DNA of 63,939 bases, the filler included. It is 5 parts of 5 records of this genome, joined end to end, with 100 filler letters (N's around TTAATTAATTAA, not from the genome) between each part and the next. Parts side by side here need not be neighbours in the genome. Positions count along the whole stretch, not along the records: positions 29,042 to 42,307 come from SRR33789315_3; 4 more parts are not named here. One strand, given 5' to 3'. The notes beneath the pieces were generated by a model. The model saw only the letters and a list, made by a program, of their open reading frames with translations, had not been told where the DNA came from and searched no databases. This document shows, piece by piece, positions 31,212-41,438 of the stretch (the stretch's first letter is position 1; each line of letters opens with the position of its first letter). The position numbers were made by a program, and so were the translations under genes.

Positions 31212-31261
31212 AATTATTGTTTTTCAATAATTAATCTATATTTGTTATCGTAAAACGATAA
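31212..31261 (+). promoter_or_regulatory. Two palindromic operators flanking a Bacteroidota -7 promoter box
   Basis: AATTATTG-N5-CAATAATT (31212-31232), TATATTTG (31237-31244), TTATCG-N5-CGATAA (31245-31261). Confidence 0.7.
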
Positions 31262-31272
31262 TTAATTTAACT

Positions 31273-31404
31273 ATGAAAACCATGTATTCTAATTTAAGTC
31301 GCACTCAAAAAACGCTAGTATTCATTTTTGGTGTTCTTTTAATCCTCTTCACCATTATCGCCAGCTTTATAGATGCTGTTCATATTGGAGTTACCCACCA
31401 CTAA
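31273..31404 (+). CDS. Small single-TM protein (43 aa), not in ORF track
   Basis: MKTMYSNLSRTQKTLVFIFGVLLILFTIIASFIDAVHIGVTHH*; first ORF after the promoter, 11 nt before the next gene. Confidence 0.6.
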   Translation: MKTMYSNLSRTQKTLVFIFGVLLILFTIIASFIDAVHIGVTHH

Positions 31405-31415
31405 AAAAACAACCT

Positions 31416-31931
31416 ATGAAATTAAATCAACTATTCAAGCTTCTTATTGACATTGCGTATTACTTTTTAATACCCGTGGTCATCTTTTTCCCAGGAATTA
31501 TTCTTTACCTATTGGTTTTTCCAGATCAATCTGTAATCCATGTTCAAATTCCTTTTGCCGAAAATGGAGTTGGATGGAAGGCCTTATCAGTGTTAATCAT
31601 TGTGTATCTAGAATTTATCCTGTTTTTTATCGGTTTTTTTAACCTCCGAAAATTAGCAACCCTATTGATTAAAAACAAGTTATTTACAACAGATACCGTT
31701 GAAAAGACCAAAAGAATAGGACAATTTTTCTCGCTTTGCGGCGCGTCTTCCCTTGTGCTTTTATTTGGCTATTCTTTAGTGGTACATTCTAATCGAGTAG
31801 GAATCACTTTTGGAATTTCAGAATTTCAACTGCTTCTTTTCCTAGTAATCATTGGCGTGCTATTTCTATTGCTCAGTGATGCTTTTAAGCAAGCGTTAGC
31901 CTATAAAGACGAAAATGAATTAACCGTTTAA
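31416..31931 (+). CDS. DUF2975-family membrane protein
   Basis: 4 TMs, C-terminal KDENELTV signature, followed by an XRE HTH gene. Confidence 0.85.
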   Translation: MKLNQLFKLLIDIAYYFLIPVVIFFPGIILYLLVFPDQSVIHVQIPFAENGVGWKALSVLIIVYLEFILFFIGFFNLRKLATLLIKNKLFTTDTVEKTKRIGQFFSLCGASSLVLLFGYSLVVHSNRVGITFGISEFQLLLFLVIIGVLFLLLSDAFKQALAYKDENELTV

Positions 31932-31933
31932 GC

Positions 31934-32137
31934 ATGGCGATCTTAATAAACTTAGATAAAGTCCTTGCAGATCGCGGAATGAAAAGTATTGAATTGGCCG
32001 AAATTATAGGCATCACACAAGCCAATCTTTCTATACTACGATCAGGAAAAGCCAAGGCGGTGCGTTTTTCAACATTAGATGCAATTTGCGAAACGCTGGA
32101 CTGTCAGCCTGGTGACATTCTCGAATATTCGAAATAA
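31934..32137 (+). CDS. XRE/Cro-family HTH regulator (YozG-like)
   Basis: GITQANLSILRSGKAKAVRFSTL...CQPGDIL. Confidence 0.93.
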   Translation: MAILINLDKVLADRGMKSIELAEIIGITQANLSILRSGKAKAVRFSTLDAICETLDCQPGDILEYSK

Positions 32138-32174
32138 ATTTTCCTACCTTTAGTTCTTACTACAATTCCAAAAT

Positions 32175-32597
32175 ATGGATTTTACAGATTTTGCTCTGAG
32201 AATTGGTGCGGCGGTACTCGCTGGACTAATTATTGGGGTTGAAAGAGAATTAAAAGAAAAAAGTGCCGGGCTTAAAACCAATGCGTTGGTCGCATTGGGC
32301 GCAGCCGTTTTTGTGGCGATTAGTATTCAATTTATAGATCATGACCGTACCGATGTAACCCGAGTCTTAGGACAAGTGGTTACGGGGATCGGTTTTCTGG
32401 GTGCAGGCACTATTTTACAGGATAAAAACAAGATAAAAGGTTTAACCACCGCGGCTACGATTTGGTGCAGTGCAAGTGCAGGATGCCTAGCAGCTTTCGG
32501 ATTGTTTAAAGAACTTGGTTTGATCACGGTCGTTGTTGTCCTAATCAATGTTATCTTTGGAGTATTAGATACAAAAATTAGACACCCTAATCCCTAA
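32175..32597 (+). CDS. MgtC/SapB family protein
   Basis: IGVERE, AGLKT, QVVTGIGFLGAG, GLTTAATIW. Confidence 0.93.
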   Translation: MDFTDFALRIGAAVLAGLIIGVERELKEKSAGLKTNALVALGAAVFVAISIQFIDHDRTDVTRVLGQVVTGIGFLGAGTILQDKNKIKGLTTAATIWCSASAGCLAAFGLFKELGLITVVVVLINVIFGVLDTKIRHPNP

Positions 32598-32618
32598 TCC
32601 CTAATCCCTAATCCCTAA
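32585..32618 (+). repeat. (CCCTAAT)x~5 tandem repeat
   Basis: Four full copies plus CCCTAA, overlapping the MgtC stop. Confidence 0.9.
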
Positions 32619-32650
32619 AGTCAAGTAACTCTTCTCCCCAGATCTATCCT

Positions 32651-34432
32651 ATGAAAATTTTATATATCTTCCTGCTTACGGGTTTTTTCGCCTTTGGCCA
32701 AACCAATACCTATTCTATTTCTTTTGAAAATGCCGTTCACCACGAGGCACAGGTTACTTTTACCATTCCCAATATCAAAACAAAAACCATTACGGCACGC
32801 ATGGCGCGTACCTCTCCGGGACGTTATGCCTTGCATGAGTTTGCAAAAAACGTATATGGTTTTACTGCATTAAATAGTAAAGGAGATACGCTTGATGTGC
32901 GCAGACCAGATCCATATTCGTGGGAAATCACGGGACACGATGGGACGGTAATTATTAAGTATACTTTATTTGCCAATCGCGCTGATGGCACTTATTCTCA
33001 GGTGGACGAAAGTCATGCGCACCTTAACATTCCCGCCACTTTTATGTTTGTAAAAGAATTTGAAGAACGCCCACTTGAAGTGGAATTTGAAGTGCGAAAA
33101 GACCTAAACTGGAAAGTAGCTACGCAACTCAAAAAGATTACAGACACCAAATATTACGCGGCCAATCTCTATTATTTTATGGACAGCCCAACAGAAATAA
33201 GTGATTACAAACTGCGCGAGTTTAATTACGAAGGACAAAATATGCGATTTGTGCTGCACGACACCGCAAATGACAGTTTGTTTGACGCCTATTTTGAAAA
33301 TGTAAAACGCATCGTAAAAGAAGAAGCTCAGGTTTATGGTGGCTTGCCTAAATATGATTATGGCGAATACACCTTTCTTGCATGTTATTTGCCTCATGTT
33401 TCAGGAGATGGTATGGAACACCGAAACAGCACCATCCTGACCGATACAGAAGGACTCGCCAATGGCGGTATGGATGGTAATATTGGAACGGTTTCTCATG
33501 AGTTTTTTCATTGTTGGAATGTTGAAAGAATACGTCCAGATGCTTTAGAACCCTTTGATTTTACTGAAGCCAATATGAGCGGCGAACTTTGGTTTGCCGA
33601 AGGTTTTACTAGTTATTATACGGGTTTAATCTTGTTGCGTGCAGGAATTATAACCCAAGAAAAATACCTGGAAGGCGTCACCGGAACCTTTAACTATGTC
33701 TGGAATTCGCCAGCGCATCGCTATTTTAATCCCATCGAGATGAGCTATCAGGCTCCGTTTGTAGATGCGGCAAGGGCTGTAGATCCCGTAAATCGGGAAA
33801 ACACCTTTATTTCTTATTATTCCTACGGAAGCATTTTAGGATTGGCACTTGATTTAAGCTTACGCGAAAAAGGACTCCATCTGGACGACTTTATGAAACA
33901 CGTCTGGGACATACACGGAAAAACCGAAGTCGCTTACACGGTGAGTGATCTAGAAGCTCGCCTTGGTGAATATGCCGGTGAAGCTTTCGCGAAAGCATTT
34001 TTCTCCAATTACATTTATTCGAGCAACATGCCCGATTACAAAACCTTACTTTCTCAAATGGGACTCACGCTCTCCCAAGATTTAACCAAACCTTCTTTGG
34101 GAATTGCCATAAAAGAAACCGATGGTGGACTAGAAATCACCCGAAATACCAGTTATGGTAGTGCTGCATATACAAGCGGTCTGGATATAGGCGATGTGCT
34201 TACCGCTATTGACGGAGTCCCAATCAAAACGCAAGATGATGTAAACAAAATAGTGGAAAAACATGCAGTAAATGATGCTGTTATAATAAGTTATATCAGC
34301 CGTGGTGTTACCAAAACAGCTTCAGTAATTCTTATATCAGATCCTACTTATTCAATCACTACCGATGAAAAAGCAAAAGGAAAATTACAAAAGAATCGAG
34401 AGGCTTGGCTGCATGGTTTAGATATAAAATAG
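32651..34432 (+). CDS. M61 glycyl aminopeptidase with PDZ domain
   Basis: Signal peptide, GMEHRNS, HEFFHCWN, WFAEGFTSY, C-terminal PDZ (GLDIGDVL). Confidence 0.9.
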   Translation: MKILYIFLLTGFFAFGQTNTYSISFENAVHHEAQVTFTIPNIKTKTITARMARTSPGRYALHEFAKNVYGFTALNSKGDTLDVRRPDPYSWEITGHDGTVIIKYTLFANRADGTYSQVDESHAHLNIPATFMFVKEFEERPLEVEFEVRKDLNWKVATQLKKITDTKYYAANLYYFMDSPTEISDYKLREFNYEGQNMRFVLHDTANDSLFDAYFENVKRIVKEEAQVYGGLPKYDYGEYTFLACYLPHVSGDGMEHRNSTILTDTEGLANGGMDGNIGTVSHEFFHCWNVERIRPDALEPFDFTEANMSGELWFAEGFTSYYTGLILLRAGIITQEKYLEGVTGTFNYVWNSPAHRYFNPIEMSYQAPFVDAARAVDPVNRENTFISYYSYGSILGLALDLSLREKGLHLDDFMKHVWDIHGKTEVAYTVSDLEARLGEYAGEAFAKAFFSNYIYSSNMPDYKTLLSQMGLTLSQDLTKPSLGIAIKETDGGLEITRNTSYGSAAYTSGLDIGDVLTAIDGVPIKTQDDVNKIVEKHAVNDAVIISYISRGVTKTASVILISDPTYSITTDEKAKGKLQKNREAWLHGLDIK

Positions 34433-34512
34433 ATGACCCGTCCTAAATAAGTTAACTGCTAAAAAGCGTTACATTTGCCCTCTCTTTTTGGTCAGGACTT
34501 TAATCTTTAAAC

Positions 34513-36006
34513 TTGGTTGATTCATCACTTAATTCTTTTCGCGTAGGCAAACTATTTACTTCTGGGAATACCGCTAAGAAGTTTCTAGTTTTTATATCTG
34601 TTTACGTATTGCTTCAGTTTATAGCACGTATTTTGTTGACAGATTCTCTCGAAATAGATGAAGCTGAACAAGTCTATCTAAGCCAAAAAATACTCTGGGG
34701 CTATAATCAGCAACCTCCTTTATACACTTGGATTACTGCACTATTTATTAAGCTTTTTGGGTATTCTGTGGCTAGTATTATCGCTTTTAGATTTATTATT
34801 ATCTGGGTTACCTATATTTTCTATTATAAAACCGCACAACTACTTATCAAATCTGAAACGCTCCAAATTCTTGCTACACTAAGCTTGATTTTATTTATTC
34901 AGTTCTCATTTGAAGGATTGCGGCATACCCATACCATGCTAGTGACGCTAGCTACGGTCTGGATGCTCTATATGTTTTTATGCATATATCGCAATTCTTC
35001 AACTTGGAACTATATTGCGCTAGGTTTAATTTTTGCATTAGGGCTGCTTGCTAAATATAATTTTGCTTTAGGAATAGCTGGTGCTTTACTAGCTCTCATT
35101 AGTATTCCTGAATATAGAGCAAAAGTACTTACACCTAAAATACTCATTAGTTTTCTAGTTTGTTTTTTGTTGTTTTTACCCCATTTTCTATGGCTTTTAA
35201 GCAACTTAAGCCAGGTTACAGAAGAGACTTTAACAGATTTTGGTACTGCAGAAAAACCAGAATTATTGTTAGGTATTCTACAAAGTTTTTGGGGTTTACT
35301 AAAAGGGATTCTATCTTTTGGTGGGATTTTTTACCTGTTTATGTTTATTATTTTCAGACGAAAAAGCATTGCTTTTTTTAAAAAAAGTAATCCACTTAGT
35401 ATATTCATTGGAAGATACATTCTTATAACTTTAAGTGGGGTTTTAATCATTCTATTAATCACCCAAGGACATAACGCCCACGAGCGCTGGCTACAACCCT
35501 TTATATTACCATTACCTCTTTACCTTTTTGCCATTGTAGATCAGTATCAATTAAAGTTTAATTCAAAATTAATCGAAAAATTGATGGTTGCGATTTATGC
35601 TATTTTGCTTTTAGCTAAAAGCTTTAGCTATACTTCGCTGGGCTCTATGGGTATTATCAACCGTATTAACAGACCCTATCCTGAACTCGCCACTTATCTA
35701 TTAGAAGAAGAAAAATTTAATGAGGTGAACTTAATTGTTTGTGATGAAATTGCCTTAGCTGGTAATATAAAGTTTCTCTTGCCAGAGGAAACCGTTATAT
35801 ACCTTCCCAAAAACTGCAAGAAAGGAAAAGAAATAATCCCATTAGCCTCTAAAATCCTAAGTATATCAATAAATCCAGAAGCTAACCCATTGAATACTTG
35901 TACCACATTAACAACTAGTTTTTTGGAAAGAATAGAGAAAAATTATTATTACGACCAAAGTAAAATACCTTATACTGTGTATTTAAAAACCTATTCTGTT
36001 AAGTAG
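34513..36006 (+). CDS. ArnT/GT39-like membrane glycosyltransferase
   Basis: DEAEQ, QPPLYTW, LAKYN, multi-TM. Confidence 0.8.
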   Translation: MVDSSLNSFRVGKLFTSGNTAKKFLVFISVYVLLQFIARILLTDSLEIDEAEQVYLSQKILWGYNQQPPLYTWITALFIKLFGYSVASIIAFRFIIIWVTYIFYYKTAQLLIKSETLQILATLSLILFIQFSFEGLRHTHTMLVTLATVWMLYMFLCIYRNSSTWNYIALGLIFALGLLAKYNFALGIAGALLALISIPEYRAKVLTPKILISFLVCFLLFLPHFLWLLSNLSQVTEETLTDFGTAEKPELLLGILQSFWGLLKGILSFGGIFYLFMFIIFRRKSIAFFKKSNPLSIFIGRYILITLSGVLIILLITQGHNAHERWLQPFILPLPLYLFAIVDQYQLKFNSKLIEKLMVAIYAILLLAKSFSYTSLGSMGIINRINRPYPELATYLLEEEKFNEVNLIVCDEIALAGNIKFLLPEETVIYLPKNCKKGKEIIPLASKILSISINPEANPLNTCTTLTTSFLERIEKNYYYDQSKIPYTVYLKTYSVK

Positions 36007-36152
36007 CGGGCTTTACAAAATTGTTAGCTTAATGTTAAACCTATACCATCAACAATTTTTCATCGTTTACTTTTATAATGAAATCTTTAAGAAATGTTAG
36101 CTTCTTTGATTATGATTCTCTTTTTGAGTAATTTTGCACATAAAATTTTCCT

Positions 36153-36752
36153 ATGGGATTAAAGAAAAAAATGCTTTATACATTATTGGGTCTTGTTGTA
36201 ATTGCAGCAGGCGTTTATGTTTATGAAGTACACTTTCATTACCGCCTCACTGAGGTGGCTAAAGACAAGGTATATAGTTCTTCACTTATGCCTACAGAGA
36301 AGTTAGAAAAATATGTAGAGAAGAATAAGATTAAAACTGTTATTGATCTTAGAGTAGGCGATGTATTTGATCCCTTAAATCCCAGTACTTCTTCTGAGAT
36401 TACTAAAGAAAAAGAAGCTATTGAAAGTCTGGGAAATGTGAACTATGTGAATATTCCTTCACAACAAATTCCTTCTGAAGAAAATCTTGAAGAATTTTAT
36501 AAGGTTTTAGATAATGAAGATGCATATCCCGTATTGATTCACTGTTATCACGGGACAGGAAGAGCGGTACTTTATAGCGCCCTTTATAAAGTGGAATATG
36601 AAGGAATATCTCCTGAAGAAGCACGTAAAACTGCACGTTTTCCTACCCTCTTAAGTAATTTTGATAATGGCACACCTAAAGGTGAGTGGCTAAAAAACTA
36701 CAAGGAGCGTAAATCAAAAAAAGCTGTTACAGCTACAGAAACAAATGAGTAA
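36153..36752 (+). CDS. Membrane-anchored dual-specificity/tyrosine phosphatase-family protein
   Basis: N-terminal TM, VIDLR, HCYHGTGR (CX5R) active-site loop. Confidence 0.88.
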   Translation: MGLKKKMLYTLLGLVVIAAGVYVYEVHFHYRLTEVAKDKVYSSSLMPTEKLEKYVEKNKIKTVIDLRVGDVFDPLNPSTSSEITKEKEAIESLGNVNYVNIPSQQIPSEENLEEFYKVLDNEDAYPVLIHCYHGTGRAVLYSALYKVEYEGISPEEARKTARFPTLLSNFDNGTPKGEWLKNYKERKSKKAVTATETNE

Positions 36753-38438
36753 CTACTTTTTTATGAGGTAAGCTCTTTCCAATACTTGATCACGTGTATT
36801 GGGATTTAAGAACTTTATGCGAAGTTGAGTGATTCTGTAATGAACAATTTCATATTTTTTTTCAAAAGTTAACCCTTGTTCTTTAAAAGCTTCAAACTCA
36901 TTATCATAGAGAAATAACCACGAATCATCTGGTAAATTCTCGTAATCCTCAAGTGCTATTTTAGGAACAATTTGAGCTGTATAAAAATCTAAAGACCAGC
37001 TATTTCTATCACCGTCCAGTCTATAAATTTTATCGTAGGATATGTTTTCAGCATCCATAATTTTAACAGCTGTATTTCCTTCCTGATAATTAAGTAGAGA
37101 AGGGTAAAATTGCGTGTTTAAACAGAAATTAGCCAAAATCATCATATATACGGAGAAAACAAGCAATCTACGCATCTTGGTCATAGGTATATTTAATAAA
37201 TACACTAGACCTATAAGAAAGCCTAAATCAGCCAGTATTAATATAAAATGAGGTTTTGGAAAAGCCCAAAATGTCATAAACAATACTAACCCAATACCAA
37301 GGGCGAGAACTACATAATTTATTGCTAAAAAAACCTGTGTTGCCTTTTCCTTTTTCTGTATGTATAAGTACGTTAAATAGCCCGACACAAGTACCGCAAG
37401 TACAGGAATAAGACTATTAAGGTAATGTGGTAGTTTAAATTTTGAAAAGCTCATAACAATTAACACCACTAAGATGCCAATTGAAGTGAGTGCTTCTAAT
37501 CCTGCAACCTTCTTAAATTTTAGTTTGAAAAATTGCTTCAATCTATTAGCCAATGCACTATACATTAAAATTGACCACGGTAAAAATGCCCAAAGTAAAT
37601 TGGTAAAGAAAAAGGAATAATCTACTGTTTTCTCCCCATCAAATCCTTTTGCGGTAAGCCTATTAAAACTTTGATCCCATAGAATAAATTTCACGCCAGA
37701 GACACCCGTCTTACCATTAAATTCTTTTTCTGGATGCAAATCAAATTGCACATAATAAGCATATAAAACCGGTGCTATTGTTATTGCAAATACGCCTATT
37801 CCTAGTAAAACCTTCCAACTTAATACTGAATGCCACTTTCTAGAATAAAGTAGGTAAGCTAATATACAGACTCCGGGTACAAATACGCCTAATTGCCCTT
37901 TGGCCGAAAAGGCTAGACCTATACCAAATGCACCACCTATTACATGAATCAATTTGCCAGAGTCAATGTATAATACTAATTGCCATATTCCGAAAATAAC
38001 TGCTCCTGTAAGCACTGCATCTGTGCGTACATCATGATTAGCCAGAAATATAGCTTGCGAGGATAGAAAAATTAATGCCGCAGGATGAGCCGCTAGTTCT
38101 CCGTAAAAATGCTTAGCTAATTTGTAACACGAGTATGCTGCTAAAAGCGTAAACATTAACGATGGCAACCTGTAGGCCCAATGTGAGATACCAAATATTT
38201 TATAAGATAGTGCTGCTAACCAAAAATGTAAATGAGGTTTATCTAAATAATCTTCACCATCTTTAAGAAGATGTAAAAAATCATTATCTAAATAAATACG
38301 CATAGAAGTTACCGCATGTTGTGCAGCATCATTTTCCATTAACGGAATAAATAATCCAAAAATATAGATTAAAGCCAGTAAAGCGTATAGGATTAAATAG
38401 TCACGCTTAGTTATCATATTTGACATGTAATTCACCAC
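36753..38438 (-). CDS. ArnT family glycosyltransferase
   Basis: YLDKPHL, RLPS, RTD, AKG, KLPHY; start may be ATG 38417. Confidence 0.85.
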   Translation of the reverse strand: MVNYMSNMITKRDYLILYALLALIYIFGLFIPLMENDAAQHAVTSMRIYLDNDFLHLLKDGEDYLDKPHLHFWLAALSYKIFGISHWAYRLPSLMFTLLAAYSCYKLAKHFYGELAAHPAALIFLSSQAIFLANHDVRTDAVLTGAVIFGIWQLVLYIDSGKLIHVIGGAFGIGLAFSAKGQLGVFVPGVCILAYLLYSRKWHSVLSWKVLLGIGVFAITIAPVLYAYYVQFDLHPEKEFNGKTGVSGVKFILWDQSFNRLTAKGFDGEKTVDYSFFFTNLLWAFLPWSILMYSALANRLKQFFKLKFKKVAGLEALTSIGILVVLIVMSFSKFKLPHYLNSLIPVLAVLVSGYLTYLYIQKKEKATQVFLAINYVVLALGIGLVLFMTFWAFPKPHFILILADLGFLIGLVYLLNIPMTKMRRLLVFSVYMMILANFCLNTQFYPSLLNYQEGNTAVKIMDAENISYDKIYRLDGDRNSWSLDFYTAQIVPKIALEDYENLPDDSWLFLYDNEFEAFKEQGLTFEKKYEIVHYRITQLRIKFLNPNTRDQVLERAYLIKK

Positions 38439-38542
38439 TTAAAATTCATCCTTTACAGGACTTTACTTATGTATTCAATATTAAGTCATGCAAGTCTTTG
38501 GCACGAATATAAAATACCTAAATTTGCTCTTCAAATTCTATC

Positions 38543-39514
38543 ATGCATCAAGCACCACTTTTATCTATTGTTGTACCCGTATACAATGAAGAAGGCAATA
38601 TTACCATATTGACTGAATCTATTGACAATGCCCTTACAGGCCTACACTATGAAATCATATATATAGACGATTTTTCTACTGATAATACTCGCGGCGAAAT
38701 TAAAGCATTAAACAATCCTAACGTTGTTCTAATAGAACTTAAACGTAATTATGGTCAAAGTTCTGCACTTGCAGCCGGAATCGAACATTCACGCGGGGCT
38801 TATGTTGTTACCATTGATGGTGATATGCAAAATGATCCTTCAGACATTAAAATGATGCTAGAATTGGCACAAGATGATGAATGTGATTTGGTTATTGGTA
38901 TTCGCCAAAAACGACGTGACAATGTGATAAGAACGCTGCCTTCTAAGATAGCAAATTACATTATTCGTAAAGCCACTAAATTACATATTACTGATGCTGG
39001 TTGTGCGCTTAAAGTCATGACCGCAGAAACTGCTAAAGCATTACCTTTATATGGTGAACTGCACCGTTTTATTGCTTTAAATGCGCATATGGATGGAGCA
39101 CGTATAGTTGAAGTTCCTGTTAAACATCACGCCAGACAATTTGGGGTTTCTAAATATGGTTTAGGCCGTACTTTTAAAGTTATTAATGACCTACTCTTGA
39201 TCTTGTTTCAACGTAAGTATTTACAGAAGCCATTATATCTTTTCGGAAATTTAGGAATGCTGTTTTTTGCAATAGGAGTCTTAATTAATCTTTACTTAAT
39301 TGTCATTAAGTTTATGGGTAATGATATAGGTAACCGACCATTATTGCTTTTAGGAGTATTATTGATTTTAGTAGGAATACAATTTTTTACAATTGGTATT
39401 GTAGCCGATTTATTAATGCGTACCTATTACGAATCACAAGAAAAAACTCCCTATTCTATCCGAAAAATCACATCTTTTGAAAAAACAAAAGAATCCTCTC
39501 TTCATCTTTCTTAA
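38543..39514 (+). CDS. GT2 polyprenyl-phosphate glycosyltransferase (ArnC/DPM-like)
   Basis: VVPVYNEE, DDFSTD, RNYGQ, DGDMQNDP, ELHRFI, two C-terminal TMs. Confidence 0.9.
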   Translation: MHQAPLLSIVVPVYNEEGNITILTESIDNALTGLHYEIIYIDDFSTDNTRGEIKALNNPNVVLIELKRNYGQSSALAAGIEHSRGAYVVTIDGDMQNDPSDIKMMLELAQDDECDLVIGIRQKRRDNVIRTLPSKIANYIIRKATKLHITDAGCALKVMTAETAKALPLYGELHRFIALNAHMDGARIVEVPVKHHARQFGVSKYGLGRTFKVINDLLLILFQRKYLQKPLYLFGNLGMLFFAIGVLINLYLIVIKFMGNDIGNRPLLLLGVLLILVGIQFFTIGIVADLLMRTYYESQEKTPYSIRKITSFEKTKESSLHLS

Positions 39515-40334
39515 GATAGGAGTTACTATTGCCCTACTTTACTTTGTTTTCTCTAAAATACCTTTACAGGAGGTGTGGAAGACCTTACAGCAAATTCACG
39601 TAGGTTATTTGCTATTGGGTGTTATAGCCTTTATGGCTTCACAATTTATATCTGTTGTTAGGCTTCAGTTATTATTTGAAACTGCTGTTTTCCCTCTTAG
39701 TTTTGTAAGTAATTTGAAACTGTATTTATTGGGTATGTTTTATAATTTCTTTATCCCTGGTGGTATAGGAGGCGATGCATACAAAGTTTATACGCTCAAT
39801 AAAAGTTTTGACTGGCCCGTAAAAAAATTATCAGCAGCTGTACTCTATGATCGTATATTAGGATTAACAGCTATAGGTATTTTAGTACTTTGCTTATTGC
39901 CATTTACGGGCTTACAATTACACATTTCATGGTCAATTATTATCCCTATCTGCTTGATTTTAGGGCTGACGTTTGCTATTATTTTTTCTAAAAAAATATT
40001 TCCCACTTATGCCGCAACTTTTTGGAAAGGGCTTTCTTTATCGCTAATAATCCAAGGATTACAAGGATTATGTATTATATTTTTAGTTCTAGGATTAGGA
40101 TTAAATGACTACTTAATTTATGTACTCATTTTCTTTGTATCTGCAGTGCTTTCTCTCTTTTCATTTGCAGGCATAGGTGTACGCGAATGGGTATTTTATC
40201 AAGCATCTATACTTTATAATTTTAATCCAGATCAAGCAGTTACTATAGGATTACTTTTTACTATTATAAGCGCTTTAATTTCTTGTTTGGGTATTTTTTT
40301 CCACCTAAAAAAACCTATTTGGAAAAAAGTATAG
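39477..40334 (+). CDS. Lysylphosphatidylglycerol-synthase-TM/flippase-like protein
   Basis: FIPGGIGGDAYK, DRILG, GIGVRE, multi-TM. Confidence 0.85.
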   Translation: MKKQKNPLFIFLKIGVTIALLYFVFSKIPLQEVWKTLQQIHVGYLLLGVIAFMASQFISVVRLQLLFETAVFPLSFVSNLKLYLLGMFYNFFIPGGIGGDAYKVYTLNKSFDWPVKKLSAAVLYDRILGLTAIGILVLCLLPFTGLQLHISWSIIIPICLILGLTFAIIFSKKIFPTYAATFWKGLSLSLIIQGLQGLCIIFLVLGLGLNDYLIYVLIFFVSAVLSLFSFAGIGVREWVFYQASILYNFNPDQAVTIGLLFTIISALISCLGIFFHLKKPIWKKV

Positions 40335-40340
40335 GGAATA

Positions 40341-40380
40341 AAAAAGCCCGCTATATTATGTATTATACAGCGGGCTTTTT
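40341..40380. terminator. Bidirectional intrinsic terminator
   Basis: AAAAAGCCCGCT...AGCGGGCTTTTT between convergent genes. Confidence 0.85.
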
Positions 40381-40397
40381 GCTTATTAAACAACGTA

Positions 40398-41411
40398 TTA
40401 GTTTTTAATAAACTTCAATTGCTTTTTATTATTTGTTACTAAGAAATACATCCCTTGATTAAGATTTTCTACATCTATACTTTTAACTTGATCTAAGTTA
40501 GCTATTCTTCTTACTGTACGACCTGCAACATCATATATAACTAATGATTTTGCCTGAAGTTTTGAATTATCTATAAAAAGTTTACTTTTTACAGGATTAG
40601 GATAAACAGCAACGCCATTAACGTTAACACCATCTATGCCTAAAGATTCTATAGTAACGTCTGTTGCAACTTGAGCTTTCCAATTCCAAGAATCCTCAAA
40701 TATCGCTACAACAAGTTTATAAGATTCTCCAGATTCAAGTGTAGAACTTGCAGGGGTTTCTGCAGGAATCGTAATTGCCAGATCTGTTGTGACACCAGCG
40801 GCATCTGTTGCTGCTGCAGGATCAATACTAACTTCATTTCCTAAAACATTATAATCATTAGTAGTACCACCTTCTCTTTGCAATGCAAATTTTACTTGCC
40901 CATCATTTGTTAATGTATAGTGTATGTTTGCTGTGACAATATCTCCTGGTGCAACTGCTGTAGGAAGGTCATTAAGTATTTCTACCGTATAGAGCACAGC
41001 TGCTGATGCTGTAATCGTAACCAAATTACCCGTATTGTTATATGCAAAATCAGCGCCTCCACTAGTTAACTTACCTGCCCAAGTATAGGTGTCTCCTGCA
41101 GTACCACCAACACTGTATGTAAAAGATACTTCAGTTGGAGTTGCTGTTGCAGGATAAGTTCCAGATAATTTATTATATGAAATCTGGCCGCCTCCCCAAT
41201 TTGGAGATCCATCTTCATTTGCGGGTACTAATTGCCACTCTATTTCTACTTCAACATCAGAGGTGTAGGTAAAAGTGAAGGTTTTATCAGATGCGCCTTG
41301 TTCTAAAGTTGCATCATATGCAAGATCTGCTAATGCACCCGTTTGGGAATAGGCTCCAAGAGTTAAAAAAACAAATAGCAAGGGTAAAATGTTAAGTAAT
41401 TTTTTTTTCAT
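40398..41411 (-). CDS. T9SS type A sorting-domain secreted protein
   Basis: Signal peptide, beta-rich domains, CTD VYPNP...IYDVAGR...GMYFL...KFIK. Confidence 0.9.
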   Translation of the reverse strand: MKKKLLNILPLLFVFLTLGAYSQTGALADLAYDATLEQGASDKTFTFTYTSDVEVEIEWQLVPANEDGSPNWGGGQISYNKLSGTYPATATPTEVSFTYSVGGTAGDTYTWAGKLTSGGADFAYNNTGNLVTITASAAVLYTVEILNDLPTAVAPGDIVTANIHYTLTNDGQVKFALQREGGTTNDYNVLGNEVSIDPAAATDAAGVTTDLAITIPAETPASSTLESGESYKLVVAIFEDSWNWKAQVATDVTIESLGIDGVNVNGVAVYPNPVKSKLFIDNSKLQAKSLVIYDVAGRTVRRIANLDQVKSIDVENLNQGMYFLVTNNKKQLKFIKN

Positions 41412-41438
41412 AATTATTAGTTTAAATTAATTGATTAA

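Noticed and set aside
32585-32618. Telomere-like CCCTAA repeat
   Set aside because: The unit is the 7-mer CCCTAAT, internal to a bacterial contig; the resemblance is coincidental
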